Assembly: GCF_009914755.1 (NCBI RefSeq)
Contig: NC_060939.1
Reading direction: 5' to 3' (one strand)
Length of the DNA stretch: 64,000 nucleotides
From: the human T2T-CHM13v2.0 reference genome, Homo sapiens
Shown here one piece after another: positions 47,857 to 61,047 of the stretch (the stretch's first letter is position 1; each line of letters begins with the position of its first letter). The notes below the pieces were generated by a model. It did no database searches, was not told where the DNA came from, and saw only the letters and a list, made by a program, of their open reading frames with translations. The position numbers and the translations under genes were made by a program.

Positions 47857-49804
47857 ATTCTACCTAAAGAAATAAAACATGGAACAGTAATTAGGGGAAA
47901 AGGTGTCCGTTAGCTGGTATTTTGTTGCTGCAGAAAGACACGTTTCAGAGGGGTGGAGAAGTAGAAAAGGAAGCTGCTCGTAGCTGGAGGACATGAATGC
48001 GGCACCGCTCATCTTTCTGGCCAGAGGACTGTCACCTCCACAGCCAGTGGTCATGTCCACGGAAGTCACCTGGGGAAGCTGGAGGATGGGACAAAAGGCT
48101 TAACTCAAACCAAAAGTGACTGCCATCTAATATTAGCATGTGCCCACATCCGCTGCTGGTAACAGAGACCTGGGCTTAGCACGGGAGACCCATGTTAGAG
48201 AGCAGACTCTCCTCTCAAGAAGCCTAATTTTATTAATAATATAGCCCCAAACTTTATGTCAACAAAGGGAACCTCTCACTATAAAGAAAAAAAAATACAG
48301 GCCATCCTAAAGTATGTTGGCAGCCTTAACATCTGATCTTTTTTCAGTTCCCAAAGTGGCACATGAACCACAAAAATATATGAATGAGTAAGGGCCCATT
48401 AGATATCAACCAATCAAGGCTTTTTTATTTTTTCCTTGCATTGTCTGTAATTATTCTGCTAAAGCAGAAAAGCAAAGTTACATGACTAAAGAAAGTTACA
48501 TGCAAAAAGAATCTTGGTTCTGTTCTAGGCATTTCCAGACAGCTGAAGGAAAGGGGGACTTGGACATGGTGACATTTCCCCTTGCCAGGCCTCAGCTAAC
48601 CTCCAGTCCTTGAGAGAGAAGCGAAGGGGGTAAACACTGCCTGGGAACTTTCCAGAGCTGAAGATGATGCCAGAAATTTTCCAAGCAGAGCCACTCCTTT
48701 TACTCCTCCCACCCCAAAGACCTGTCTACTGCCTTCACACACATCGTGTAAACCAACTGAATCAGGAGCTATGTAGGCAGTGACTAAATTATCAAACAGG
48801 TAAAAATTAACACAAAAGGAAGAAGGACTACCAAGATCAATTTATACTAATCTACTCTTCAGATTCACCTGCTGAGATGAAAATAAATGCCTGCCATACT
48901 CCAGTCAGATACTGTTCTCCAGGGGCAACTCAGCCAGGAAGTTTGCTGGAAATTCAGTGGCATGCTCTGGTCATTCCTAAATACTCTCTAGAAGACTGAG
49001 TTCAGGTTAAGTGACAGCACGTGGCTCCTCCCCTTGACAAAGCCCCACAGCCAGGGAGCAGGTGGAGCCTGCCAAAAGCAAACAAAAACTTCCCTCAAAG
49101 GACAACAAACACTTGACACCGGCAGCCTGTCAACACCAATTAGTCTGCCCTACAAGCAGAAGCCTATTAAGACCAGTGCTCAAATCCAGGAAGGTTCTCT
49201 GCAAGCAGAAACTGTCATCCCTTCTTCCTTCTTCGGCTTCCCCAAGGGAGTGACCTTCAGTGGAAACTCGCAACAGAGCTGAAACCAACTTCTCCCTGCC
49301 ACAGAGCAGGCATAGGGCCTTAAGACCCACTATCCTCTCAGGGGCCCATGCCAGGTGGAATGATGACATTCCCTGGCCCTTTTTGCCTTCCTCACTAATA
49401 AAATCCATATTAATATTTATTTTTGATATCTTTAATTTCAATATTTTTCTTAATGTTTCAGGCAAAATGAAATGGTTTGTGGGGCTGAAAACTAAAACAG
49501 TTTTTGAATATGTTAATTTCCTTTTTTTCTAATTTTTAAAATAAATTAAACACTTTCCTGAACCCCTAAAAGTATCATGCGCCCTAGGCACTGTGACTTG
49601 TGTGTCTAATGGAGGCCCTAATTCAGTAGATACCTGCAATTTTTAGAAAAAATACCATTACCCAAGGCCACCCATCCAACCAGACACAACCCTGGCCTGT
49701 TTTGAAAATCCATTCTATTCATAATATACAAAATGTACCTGGGAATTCCATATTTCAACTTGTCAATTTAAAGTGATCCCTTACAGTTAAGATTCCAAGA
49801 GGCT

Positions 49805-49852
49805 TAAAAAAAAAGTCACCACACAAGATAAGATTTTCTTCAATATTTTATT
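49805..49852 (-). terminator. MEX3B polyadenylation signal and downstream GU/U-rich element
   Basis: AATAAA on the minus strand at 49852-49847, followed by TCTTGTGTGGTGACTTTTTTTTT. A second AATAAA lies at 49908-49903. Confidence 0.8.
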
Positions 49853-51210
49853 TATATAGAAATACTTAAAAAATGAAGTAGCACCATTACTTAAGTTTTA
49901 CCTTTATTATGTAGAACTTTAAATGTCAGAAAAATAAAACTCTTGATACAATTTCAAATCTTGTCTCAGCAAATATAATATTAGTATTTGACCATGAGGT
50001 TAAAGGCCCTTTATCATAAAATAAAATATACTTTGTTTTTTAAACTTTGCTCAGTAAAGTACATTTAAGCTCAAGTAACATCACCTACATATACATAAAC
50101 AAGTGGTAAACAAATGTATTAAAATAGAAATACTAAAACTAGAGTGGTGCAACAGAATTTTTGTAACTTGCACTGAATTCTATTTATACAAATGTTAGAA
50201 AGCATCAACAGTTCTTTTTGACATGTTTATACATTTCCGTTTTTGTAATAATATAGAATAAAATATGCTTTATATCACTGAATAGAAAATATGCTGGGTG
50301 AAGCAGATCTAGAAGATTTGTCTGAACCTATAAAATCTCCATCCCAACAGAATACTGTTCAAAACATTACACATTTTATGGTTGTAATTCCGTCACAATT
50401 GTGTGATTATTAAAATAATACAGTGTTCTTTGCCATAAGGCCATACTAAAATAAAAAGATTTAACCCAGCTACAAAAAAGTTCACTGAACTTAAATTAAA
50501 ATACTTGTAAACATCTTTGCAATATGAAATATAATTTTTCAAGTCAAAAAAGAATAAAATACTTCAATCTGTATTAATGCAATTTCTCTTTAAAACTTTT
50601 AAACGTTTTTAATATATAAGAGATATGTTACAGTTTCTTTAACTTTAATAAAGCTGCAGTATCCTGGTTTCACAGGAACTCCTGGCCCTTCCACGAACAT
50701 TCAAAAAGGATCCACTGTGTTCTATAATAAGTATCATAGGAACCCACCCACAAAGGGGAACACACTAAACAGTCCACACATCCCATAGCACTACTATCAT
50801 CTTCATCATAATTATTACTGTTCATTTTTTCCTACTTTAAGAAAATGGAAAACTTGTGGGGTTTTCTTCTTTTGGAAGCTTCCTATTAAGTACAGTGTAA
50901 AAACTATCATTACTAGAATGTCGCCGTTCCTATTATTTATAGAGCATGCATTTCAGGTGTTCAGGTTTCCCAGGCTACAGTACTCTTGATGCAGATATCC
51001 TGGCAAATTCCTTTACTTAAAAATTAAATTTTAAAAATGAGCGGATACTACAGCTTTCCAAGCTCCTCTCGGATCTCAGAGTGTTGGTGGGGCCGGGAAG
51101 GAGAAGGGAGAGGGGGGGCACCCAGGGAGGCAGGCGAGCGCTGGGGAAAGAGGATGGGGAGGGGTTCCCCCTTCCCCCAGCACGGTGCGCACTAGCAGCG
51201 CCCGCTGCCT
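49828..51210 (-). other. MEX3B: MEX3B 3' UTR (~1.4 kb, AU-rich, repeat-free)
   Basis: Runs from the stop codon to the poly(A) signal. The cleavage site is approximate. Confidence 0.8.
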
Positions 51211-52664
51211 TTAAGAAAAGATGCGGATGGCCTGAGTGACCGCGGTGTGGCAGACCGGGCACTCGGGCTCGCTCTTCTCACAGATGCGATTGGCGCACTC
51301 CATGCAGAAGAGGTTGTGGCCACAGGGCACCAGCGCGGCAATCACTTCGCTCTCGAAGCACACGGAGCAGTCGCGGCTGCCTTTACGCCGAAGCCCGGAG
51401 GAAGAGGATGAAGAGCTGGAGGAGGAGCTGGACGAAGAGGAGGAGCCCGACGTGTCCGACGGCTGCAAGCCAGGCAGCTGTGCCCCCAGCCCGTTGGCAT
51501 AAGCGGCGTAGGCCAGGCCTCCTCCACCCGGGTCGCTGCGCACCCGGCGAGCCAGGTGGTGCTCTCCCGCCCCCGGGGCCATGTGCAAGGGTGGAGACAG
51601 GCGCGGGCAGCTGGTGCCAGGGTGCAGCCGGCGGTGCACCAATAGCCCCAGGTTGGCGTTGGAGGGCGCACTGGCGCCACCCCCGGGGAAGACCACGGAG
51701 GAGGAAGAAGCAGACGAAGATGCAGAAGAAGAGCAGGAAGAAGATACCGGAGCTGCAGGTCCGCCTCCCGGGGACCGCTCGAACTGGGCCCAGATAAGTG
51801 GTGCCCCAGGTGGGGGAGCGGGAGCCGGGTCAAAAGTGGGCTGCAGCTCGGGGCAGCCGTCGGGGGATGGCACTGAGGCTTCTCCCCCCGCTGTGTAGGT
51901 GTACCCATTGCCGTTATTGTTATTGTTTCCGTTGTGCGCAAAGCTCAGGGCGGGGCTAGGGGGGCTGTAGTCCGCCAGGCGCTGGGTAGCCGCTGCGCTG
52001 CTGCTGGTCCCGCCGCCGAAATAAGAGTCTGTGGAAGCACTGCCAAGCGAGCTGGAGCTGTCGTTGCGGTAGCTAGAGAAAGGCTTGCGGCCGGGGGTGG
52101 GCGTGATGCTGGGGGTGGGCTTGCTCCAGAGGCTGCCTGGGCCGGACCCGCCGGACCCATGATGCAGATCGAAGCCCACATCGGTGCCGTTGGCGTGGAA
52201 GTCGTTCTCGTCTGTGAGCTCAATGATGCCGCCGGTACGCAGAGCAATGTGCGCCTCAATCTCCTCTCGAGCGCGATCCACGTTCTCTGGCATGCCGGTC
52301 ACCTCGAACACCGGCTCCTTATCCCGGCTGGGCGTCACGATGTACGTGTGCGTCTGCTGCTGGATGCGCTTGATTGTGGCGCCTTTGGGCCCCACCACGA
52401 GCCCCACCACGCGGTAGGGTACCCGCACTTGGATGGTGGTCTGCCCGGGCAGGTTGGGCGGCCCAGGCACCGCGCCGTTGAGTGCCGTGTTCTTATTCCG
52501 GGAGGCGCGGATCATGGAGAAGTGCTCGGCAGCAGAGATGATCTCCCTCCGAGCCATGGCCACATCCTCCTTCCTGCCCGTCACAACAAAGACAGGCTCC
52601 TCCCCGCGAACTGGGGTCTTGATGTAAGTATTGGTCTTCGCCCGCAGCGCTTTGATTTTACAAC
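51211..52664 (-). CDS. MEX3B: MEX3B coding exon 2 (rest of KH1, KH2 with GPKG loop, Ser/Gly-rich linker, C-terminal C3HC4 RING)
   Basis: Acceptor TCGTAG|GTTGT at 52665/52664. 256+1454=1710 nt = 569 aa + stop, in frame (G|GT TGT AAA = GCK). RING CSVC...[10 protein letters not shown]...CPVC. RVRSDP 14-3-3-type motif present. Confidence 0.97.
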
Positions 52665-53500
52665 CTACGAACCAGGGTGCGGAGGAGGGAGTGGGAGAGA
52701 GAGACAGACACGCCCATTATCCTGGGGTAACCGCGGGGACCGGGGACAGCCCGCGTCCAGGACAGCGAGACGGCAGGACAAGAGATGGGCGGAAAGGGGG
52801 CGTCTCCCTCACTGACCTCGGGCCGCGCCACGGGCTGGGCAGCGGATCCCACCCGCGAGGCGCTCGAGGAACAGCCCATTGGCTGCCTGGCCCTCCCCCA
52901 GTGACTGCAGTCGTCCCGAACCAAACCCGAGAATCCCAGAAAAGTCATCTGGGGAGATGCCGCTGGGATCCAGCTGGGCGCGCCGTCAGCTCTGAAGACA
53001 CGGGGAAGGGGCTCGGGGAAGGCAGCTGAAGTCGCGATGCCTCAGCGCTGGTCGACTGGGGGTAGGGGGTGGGGTGTGAGTCCCGGGACCCATTGTTCCT
53101 CCTCTGGGCTCCATTCCGCTTTGCAGAAATCCAGAATCCTCCTCCCATCCTATGCTCACTCCTCCTCCTTCCTCCTCCCAAAGGACTGATCAAAGGCCCC
53201 CTCCCCCAAGCATCTTACATTTAAATTGTCTTTCTGGAGGTGGGCTGGTTGGGGGGCGTTAGGGGAGAAGGCAGTGATTTTAGCAGAAGAAAGTGCATCC
53301 CGCCAGGGCAGCGGCGCGGCTCCGGGAGACAGCCTGCCTGCACTTTCTTTGTCTGGGGCGCCGGCCCATCGCGCGGCTCTTCCTCTCTCCCCAAGGCACC
53401 CCACGCCGCGGATCCCGATACTGAACACGCCTTCCCCTCGAGGCAGTGGCCTGAGACCCTACACCACCCCCACCCACCTCCCCATCCCTCCTCGACCTAC

Positions 53501-53756
53501 CTTGCCGCCCCACGATCTCGGCGACATGCTCAGAACTGGGTACTGGCACGCACTCGGTCATGTTCACGCTCTTCTTGCGCGGCTCGCTGTCGTACAGAGA
53601 GGCGCCCTCGTCACTGTCCAGCCCCAGCAGGGAGAGCTGGTCGAGCGCGAGCTGCAGGGCTCTTTGGTCATCCAGGGTCTCTCCCCCTCCGCTGCTGCCG
53701 CCGCCGCCGCCGCCGCTGCCGTTGCGCTCCAGGTCTGCGAACAGCGAGCTGGGCAT
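53501..53756 (-). CDS. MEX3B: MEX3B coding exon 1 (N-terminus with Gly tract, leucine-rich NES-like [13 protein letters not shown], first part of KH1)
   Basis: ATG at 53756-53754 gives [20 protein letters not shown]...VAEIVGRQG. The exon is 256 nt and ends at donor CAAG|GTAGGT (53501/53500). Confidence 0.97.
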
Positions 53757-56700
53757 CGCTCGGCCGTGCGCGCCGCGCCCCCGCCGGCCCTCGGCTCGGC
53801 GGCGAGAAGCTGCGGCCACAAAGGCAGCCGGGAAGCGGGTGGTCAGGGGCGGGGAGGCCGGTCGCCTGCTGAGGGCTCCGTTGCTTCTTCCTCGGTGCTG
53901 GGAGGAGTGGGTCGCTCCGTGCGGTCCGCACCGGGCAGTGGCTGCAGGAGCCCCCACCTGGGTCCCCACCCCAGACCTGCTGGCGGGTGGGGTGGGGGCA
54001 GAGCTCTAGCGGTGGCCGCGCGTGCCCCCCGAGTGCCCGGCTGGCTGGCCGCAATGCCGAGCGAAAAGCGAGCAGGCGAGCGACAGAAGCGTTTCTTTAA
54101 GGAGCCCCTCCCCGGCTCCTCCACTCCCTCCCTCCCGCCCGCCCGCCCGCCCTCACTCAGCGCTTTTTCCTCCTCTCCTCCCCGCCTCTTGACTGAGCCT
54201 CTGCAGCCAGACGACTCCGGAGGGGGACGAGGGAGGCGCAACGTCACAGGCGGGAGCTGACACCACAATGCTACTGACACTATCGCTGGGGGAGGCGATT
54301 GGCGCGCGCCAGGCCGGGGGCGGGAGGAGGCCGCGGGTTGAGCGAGCGGAGAGAGAGCGCCACCCCCCACCCCCGCGCTCGCCGCAGCCCGCCCCGTCCT
54401 CCTCCCGGCCGCGCCCCTCCCCCGCCGCCGCTAACGCCTCTCTTTGTTGTCTAATGCGGGACTGGCAGGCTCGGGACACTTGGATGTACCTATCAGCCGA
54501 GGACAATCATTGTCCCTAAGTCTCCTCCCTCGCCTGACTGAGAAAAGAAAACGCGCCCAACTCTGATGCCTGGAGCCGGGCTCTAAAAGAGCGGTCCTCA
54601 GGAAGTCCCGTTAGTGGCTCCAAATAAACCATCCGTGGAGCCAAAGCTTCCTCTGTGAGAAGAGTCTGTAGTCCGCCCAAAAGGGCGACCCGAGCCCTCC
54701 GACACGGAAAACGGGACTCCAGGTCTTGGGGCGCACGGGCAGAGTGACTCCCGGCGCGGGTTGTCCACCTGCGCGGGAGCGCACGAGACACAAAAGCACA
54801 CGCCCGCCCACACTGGCAACCGCGCGCGCGCGCGCCCGCGCCTGCATTTCTGTCTCCTTGGGCAGCACTTCGCCCAACTGGCCCTGAAACTGAGGATGGG
54901 AAAGCTAAAAGCTGGCTGCCGCGCGAGCTCGGCCCGCCCGGCCGCTGGCGACCTCTGGAATGCATGGCACCAGTGTCCAGCACACGCCCGGCGCCCGGGC
55001 CGAGACCCTGCGGGTTCTGACACGCGCACGAGCGCCGCGCCGCCACCGCGGGGACGCAGGCCACAGCGCCAGCGGGCGGCGCGGGCGTGCGCGCCCGCTG
55101 TTCCCATCCCTCCCCTCCGTGCCCCGCGGCCGAGCATGCGCAGTGCGCGCGAGGAGCGGGCGGGCCCTTTAAGGCGGGCGCTGCGGAGCGCGCGCCGGCC
55201 CCGCCCGCGGCCCCGCCCCGACGGGAGGTGAGCGCTCCCTGCCCGGCCGCTCTTTGTGCGCTTCTCGGGGTGGGGGTGGCGGCAGAGGGAGGTTGCGACG
55301 GCACTTGCCGGCGAGGACGGCGAGCTGCGCCCCCTCCCGGTTCTCCCAGGGACCGTCTCCGAGTGCGAGAGAGAAGGAAGGAGGATTTGAGGGGCGGGCC
55401 GGGGCGGTGCGCGCTGGTCCTCTCCGCGCGCATCCCCCTCCGCCGCCCACTAGGGCGGACGCCCCTTCGGGCCCCGCGCGCTCTGCTGTCCTTTGTTCCG
55501 GGAGCCGCCGGGCTCGCCGCGCCCTTTGCGTCCCGCTGCGGATCGTTCCGCAGAGCGGCTGGGCCCGCGGTTCATAGAGTCGCCCAAGATCCTCACAGAG
55601 GGACGTCTTCCCAAAACAATGAGGCCATGCGGCCGCAGCCGCACACGGGCTGACTGGGGAGATCTCGTGGTGCCGCGGGGCGGTCCCGGGGCTCGAAGGC
55701 AGAGGCTCCCCTAGGTGTGCCCTGCCTGACCCCGGCTACAGGAACGAGCGCTGTGGGCCTCGGTTTCTCACCCGTAAAATGAAGAAAATAATCCCCGCCT
55801 TTACCACCTCGTGGGTCGTTCGGAAGATTAAATGCGACAGTGGATGGGCGCGCGCTTACAAATCAGTAGACAGTTCCGCAAGCGCCTTTACTTTTGAGAA
55901 CGCGATGGTGCAGCTCCCTTCACCGCTTGCTTACCTGGAGCTGTCTTGGGAAAGAGGTGCTGATTATTTCCTTGGGGAAATGGGTTTAGAAGCCACTTAC
56001 AGTGGTTATTTCCTCAGGATGTTTACGTCAGCTTCCCGGAGCCTGGTGTGTGTTTTTCTTAAAAAGGAATGTTCGATGGGAGGAGGCAGGTGGGAGGATG
56101 GTGCCGAGTCCTCCGTGAAAACCACCACTTAGAGCTCCAGTAGGAAATTACTGTATTCTTTTGACCCGGTTTATGGACTTGGAATCCAACTAACTTGGGA
56201 ATGAGGGTTCTTGCCGAGATGGAGGGTTTTGAGTAAGGGGTCCTGGCTGGGGAGAGCCAGAGATGAGGCCCAGCCTCCCGCGCTCACGCAAGGCCTGTAA
56301 ACAGAAAGCAGACTGGAAAGGCGCTTGGAGCATTTCCATCTTTTTAACACAAAGGGCTAGTTTCTCGCCTCTTAGCTCTGTTTCTTTGAAATTTCATAGC
56401 CTTCGGATTGGGCCTGCTGAGGTTTCTTTTTTTTTTCCAAGTAGAAAATATGGTGACAGTAAAGTTGTTCCTCCGCTGATAAGGAGCTGTGCACGGATAA
56501 TGGGGTGTAGGGAGAGGTTGCTTCTGCTAGGGAGCTTGGCCGCTAATAGTTTCAGACCTGCCATAACTCCTTCTCCTTGCATCTACAGCGATAAGAATTC
56601 AGATGGATTAATTCTGAAACGTGTTTAAACTTAGAGGATTGGATATTTCAGAGGAGTCCCTGGGTGGCTGGGTCATTACCCGGAAGGTGAATGCAACATT

Positions 56701-58939
56701 TCTCCAAGGTGACATGTTTAATGTCATTCTTCCCTGCTGGATCCTGAAGGCAGGACTTGTACTTGGCTGTAACTGCCAATGTTCAATGAAATCATACATC
56801 TTCACCCACATGAAGGATAAGCTGAACCCCTTACCATAGGAATTCATGGAAAGCTGCCGATCCTGAGGTGCCCATGTTCATGTAGCCCAGGTCACCCTCC
56901 ACAGAGAGGAACACTTGAGTAAAACCTATACAGAGATCCGCATGCTTTTCTGAAGACACCCACAAAAGCGAAGGCACTCTCAAGAGCATGGGAGGGTGGT
57001 GAGAGTGATAGAAGCAGTTACTATGTCTGACAGATCTAGTTTCCAGCCCCAGCTGTTCTTCAGTGTTGGCTGTCAAAAGAGGACGGCATCCAGCTTCCCA
57101 CCTACCTCATAGGGTTGCTTTAGCGAGACGGATAATGATAGCAAAAGCTAACTCGTAAATTCCCAGGTACTCAGCAAATGTAGTTGGCGCTTTACTCACA
57201 GCTACTCCTTGCCTTCTCTATTTGTATACCTTACTGACTGGTCAGGATATTTTCCGACACTTGACTGCTGTTGTAAAAGTAACAATCCAGAAATTTTAAT
57301 TCTCAGTTAGTGGCTTTAATAAGCCAAGATATTGTAAAACTTGCAAAGTCCGGTTCTGTTTTTCAATAGATAATACATCCTAACCCCATAGTTTCTGGAT
57401 AGACTTTCCCAGGCTCCTTTAGGACCCCAGAGCTTAATTACTTTTCCTGATGCAGAACACATTCCCTAAGGACTTCTCGATGTGGCCATAATATTTTTTA
57501 TTAGCACAGGAGAGAAGCTTGCAGAATGAGGTCTGGCAGTATAATAGAGAATTTCAGTTGTCATAAAATGAGAAAAAGTAAAGTTATCACACAAAAACAA
57601 GATTAATGATGAGGCAACCTTGTTTTGTTTCCAGATGTCTCAAAACTATTTTGTGCACATCTTGCTTACTTTTGCAAATTAAATAGCTTGCAAAAGAAAC
57701 GGAAATCTTCCTGTGAAAACAAACACATGCTCAGTCAACTCATTTAAGATTATTGAGCACCTCCATACTGTATTATAGGCACAGAGAGAAGTATCGATTA
57801 TACTGAACTGAAATGAACAAAGGTGGCAGAGGGGCAGGATAATGTCTTTTCCTTGAATACTAGTGATGTCCAAACCCAGTCACACAGAGAGATAAGTGCC
57901 CAGATAGTAGTGAGTCGGCTTAGGGTCCTAGAAGGGCTTCCCAGAGGAGGGGATACCTGAGTTGTGCTTCCAGTGAATGTGGTGTGAGAATGAATTGAGA
58001 CTGGAGCCTAGCACAGTGCATAGCATCTAGCAGGAACTCCTAAATGCTTATTAAATGAGTGAGTGAGCCAAGCTGCAGCATCTTGAAGGTGTAACTTTAG
58101 GTATGTACAGGAATCGCTCAGTCTCTGGGAAGCAGCTCAAATGACACCAGCCACAATGACATGATTTTGAATAAAATTAGTAATCACAGGTGACCCTTAT
58201 TAAGCACTTATTATGTGCCAATGTGCCAGGAAGTTTACAAAATGCTTTACAATACAGTATCTTGTTTAATCTTTCTAACTACTCAGAGGCAAGCACTTTT
58301 ATTATCCCCACTTTACAGATGAAAATAAGTCACTTACCCAAATAAAGGCAGATTTGCCTCCAAGCAGATGAAATGAAGCTACAGGGCTCCTCACTTAACA
58401 CAGACCCTTCCAAGGCCCTGGAAGAGGTCCTAGCAATATACTTACAAGATCACATGAAATCACTAAAATTTTCACAGGTAAATGTTTTATTATTTTCTTT
58501 AAGGAGAACCCCTAAAATGATACAGGCTTCGCGCCCCACAAATCTTAGATCCATTATTGTGCCCAGGGTCACACAGCTGGTATGTGGTACCCCGAGCCTG
58601 TGATCTTAACCAACGTTAAGTTCCTTCCTGTCTCTGAGCTATGCATTTTCAGCTGGAAGTTGGAAATATTTCCAGTCCTGCTTCTCACACAGGATTATAA
58701 GGATCACATGTGTGAGGGGACGTGAAAGCATCTTGATTTTTGATGTTCTCCTGTTGTCTTTGTGTGGTTAAAAGTGTGTGTGACATATAACACATGTAAC
58801 ACACACACATTTTTAAAAATATTTTAATAATATAGGAAATGCTATCCTTATGTTGAGTGAAGAAGGAGACAATGTGTGTGTGTGCAGTGTGTATGTATGT
58901 GTTACTAAACACTTAGTAAGCATTAGAAACAGTGAATGA

Positions 58940-59293
<354 letters not shown>

Positions 59294-60198
59294 TAAGTAA
59301 TGAGATCACAATTTTATTTGTATTTTACTTTTCTGTGTGGTTCAAGTTATGAACATACATCTTTATTCGATTAATTTTTAAAGTAATACGTCCTGAGTTT
59401 TAAAAATTAAATCATGCTAAAAAGCTTAATAAAATAAAACCACTCCCCAGTCCTGTCCTTGCTGTAAATAGAAGCAGAAAACAAATCTAAAGCTAATCCT
59501 AGCACACATTTATATGGGCCCTTACAAGTAGCTTGACTTCTAAAATTAAACATCACTTAGTTAATAATTGGTAATAACCATTTTGCAATATCAGAACAGA
59601 GTAAGAAAAATAGAAAGTAATTTTAAAATCTCTCAGAAATCAAGGAGACCGGAAACACAAACTTCAGGAAGAAGGTGCCATTTTTTCTTCCTGAGCAGAG
59701 ATAAAATAGATCAGTGGAATTCAAATGTTTTTTACAGTTGAATCCTTTGTTTCCCAAAGTCGTAGGCTGAACTCATATCTATAAAACTGATGAAATCCAT
59801 AGAAGGTTAGAATCGCAGGATGCTAGAGAGTGTGTGGTCCAACACACTCAGCTGACCGCAAGCTGAAGGCCAGAGTAGGAAATGGCTCCCCCCAACGTCA
59901 ATTGCCCGTTGATATGGAGCCGGGCAGGAAGCCAGAGTGAGACATCCAGTGTGATGTGCTCTGTTGCTTTGTGATTTAAGGAAATCTGGTATTGTCCCTA
60001 GTGAACACCTTCCATGTTTCATGCTTTGGCTTTGGGGTAGTATCATGAGTCAGTATTGCTGATATCAAACCTGAGAGGTTGCTAAGAGAATCACTCCCCA
60101 AATGTAGATAGTAGACAATAAGGAAGGGGGCAGTAGTTCAGGATATTTAAAGACGGTCTCACTCACCATTCCTCTCCACTTTCCTTTCCCTGAGCTGA

Positions 60199-60608
<410 letters not shown>

Positions 60609-60994
60609 TACAGTGGGCGAATATTCTTAAAAGGACGTCCATACCATGGAAATAAAATAAAATGAGCAGTATGCATTGGCACATGATACCAGTCAGGCAC
60701 AATGCTAAATACATGGACAACTTCTCATTTAACTCTCACACCATACCTGTAAGATATGTATTATCATTTCTGTTATATAAATTAACGTTTCTAAGATCAG
60801 GTTTCTAGGAAGAATTGGAGCTAGCATTGGAATTCAGTGATTCCAGAATCCAGATTCCTGCTGACTTTCTCAAATAGAAATGTGCTCATAAAAAGACAGC
60901 CAGGACTACAAAAGGACTCAAAATCATCATATAAAATAAATAATTAACGGAACTATGACTTAGAGCTGCCTGCAGGCGGGGTGGCCCACCTCAC

Positions 60995-61016
60995 TGCGCG
61001 CGCACGCGCGCGCGCG

Positions 61017-61047
<31 letters not shown>
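60995..61047. repeat. (CG)n-(CA)n alternating purine-pyrimidine tract
   Basis: Directly visible. Confidence 0.95.

Larger units (their letters stand above)
51050..56100. promoter_or_regulatory. CpG island covering the MEX3B promoter, exon 1, intron and exon 2
   Basis: Very high GC and CpG density. GC boxes, CCAAT (ATTGG ~54298), CRE-like ACGTCA (~54242) and NRF1-like GCATGCGCA (~55134) are present. Confidence 0.9.

Noticed and set aside
49300-49620. hAT-Tip100-like relic just past the MEX3B poly(A) site, a similar one at ~58345-58555, and scattered MIR/L2 fragments
   Set aside because: Likely real ancient repeats, but family and boundaries cannot be fixed by eye and nothing about them is unusual.
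53691-53720. (CCG)n coding repeat in MEX3B exon 1 as an expansion locus
   Set aside because: Only ~6 pure units encoding the normal Gly tract.
51236-55714. Many long overlapping ORFs in the CpG island (e.g. 53226-54260 +, 54516-55433 -, 51934-52815 +)
   Set aside because: Expected from stop-codon scarcity in GC-rich DNA and from antisense frames of MEX3B; no recognisable domains.
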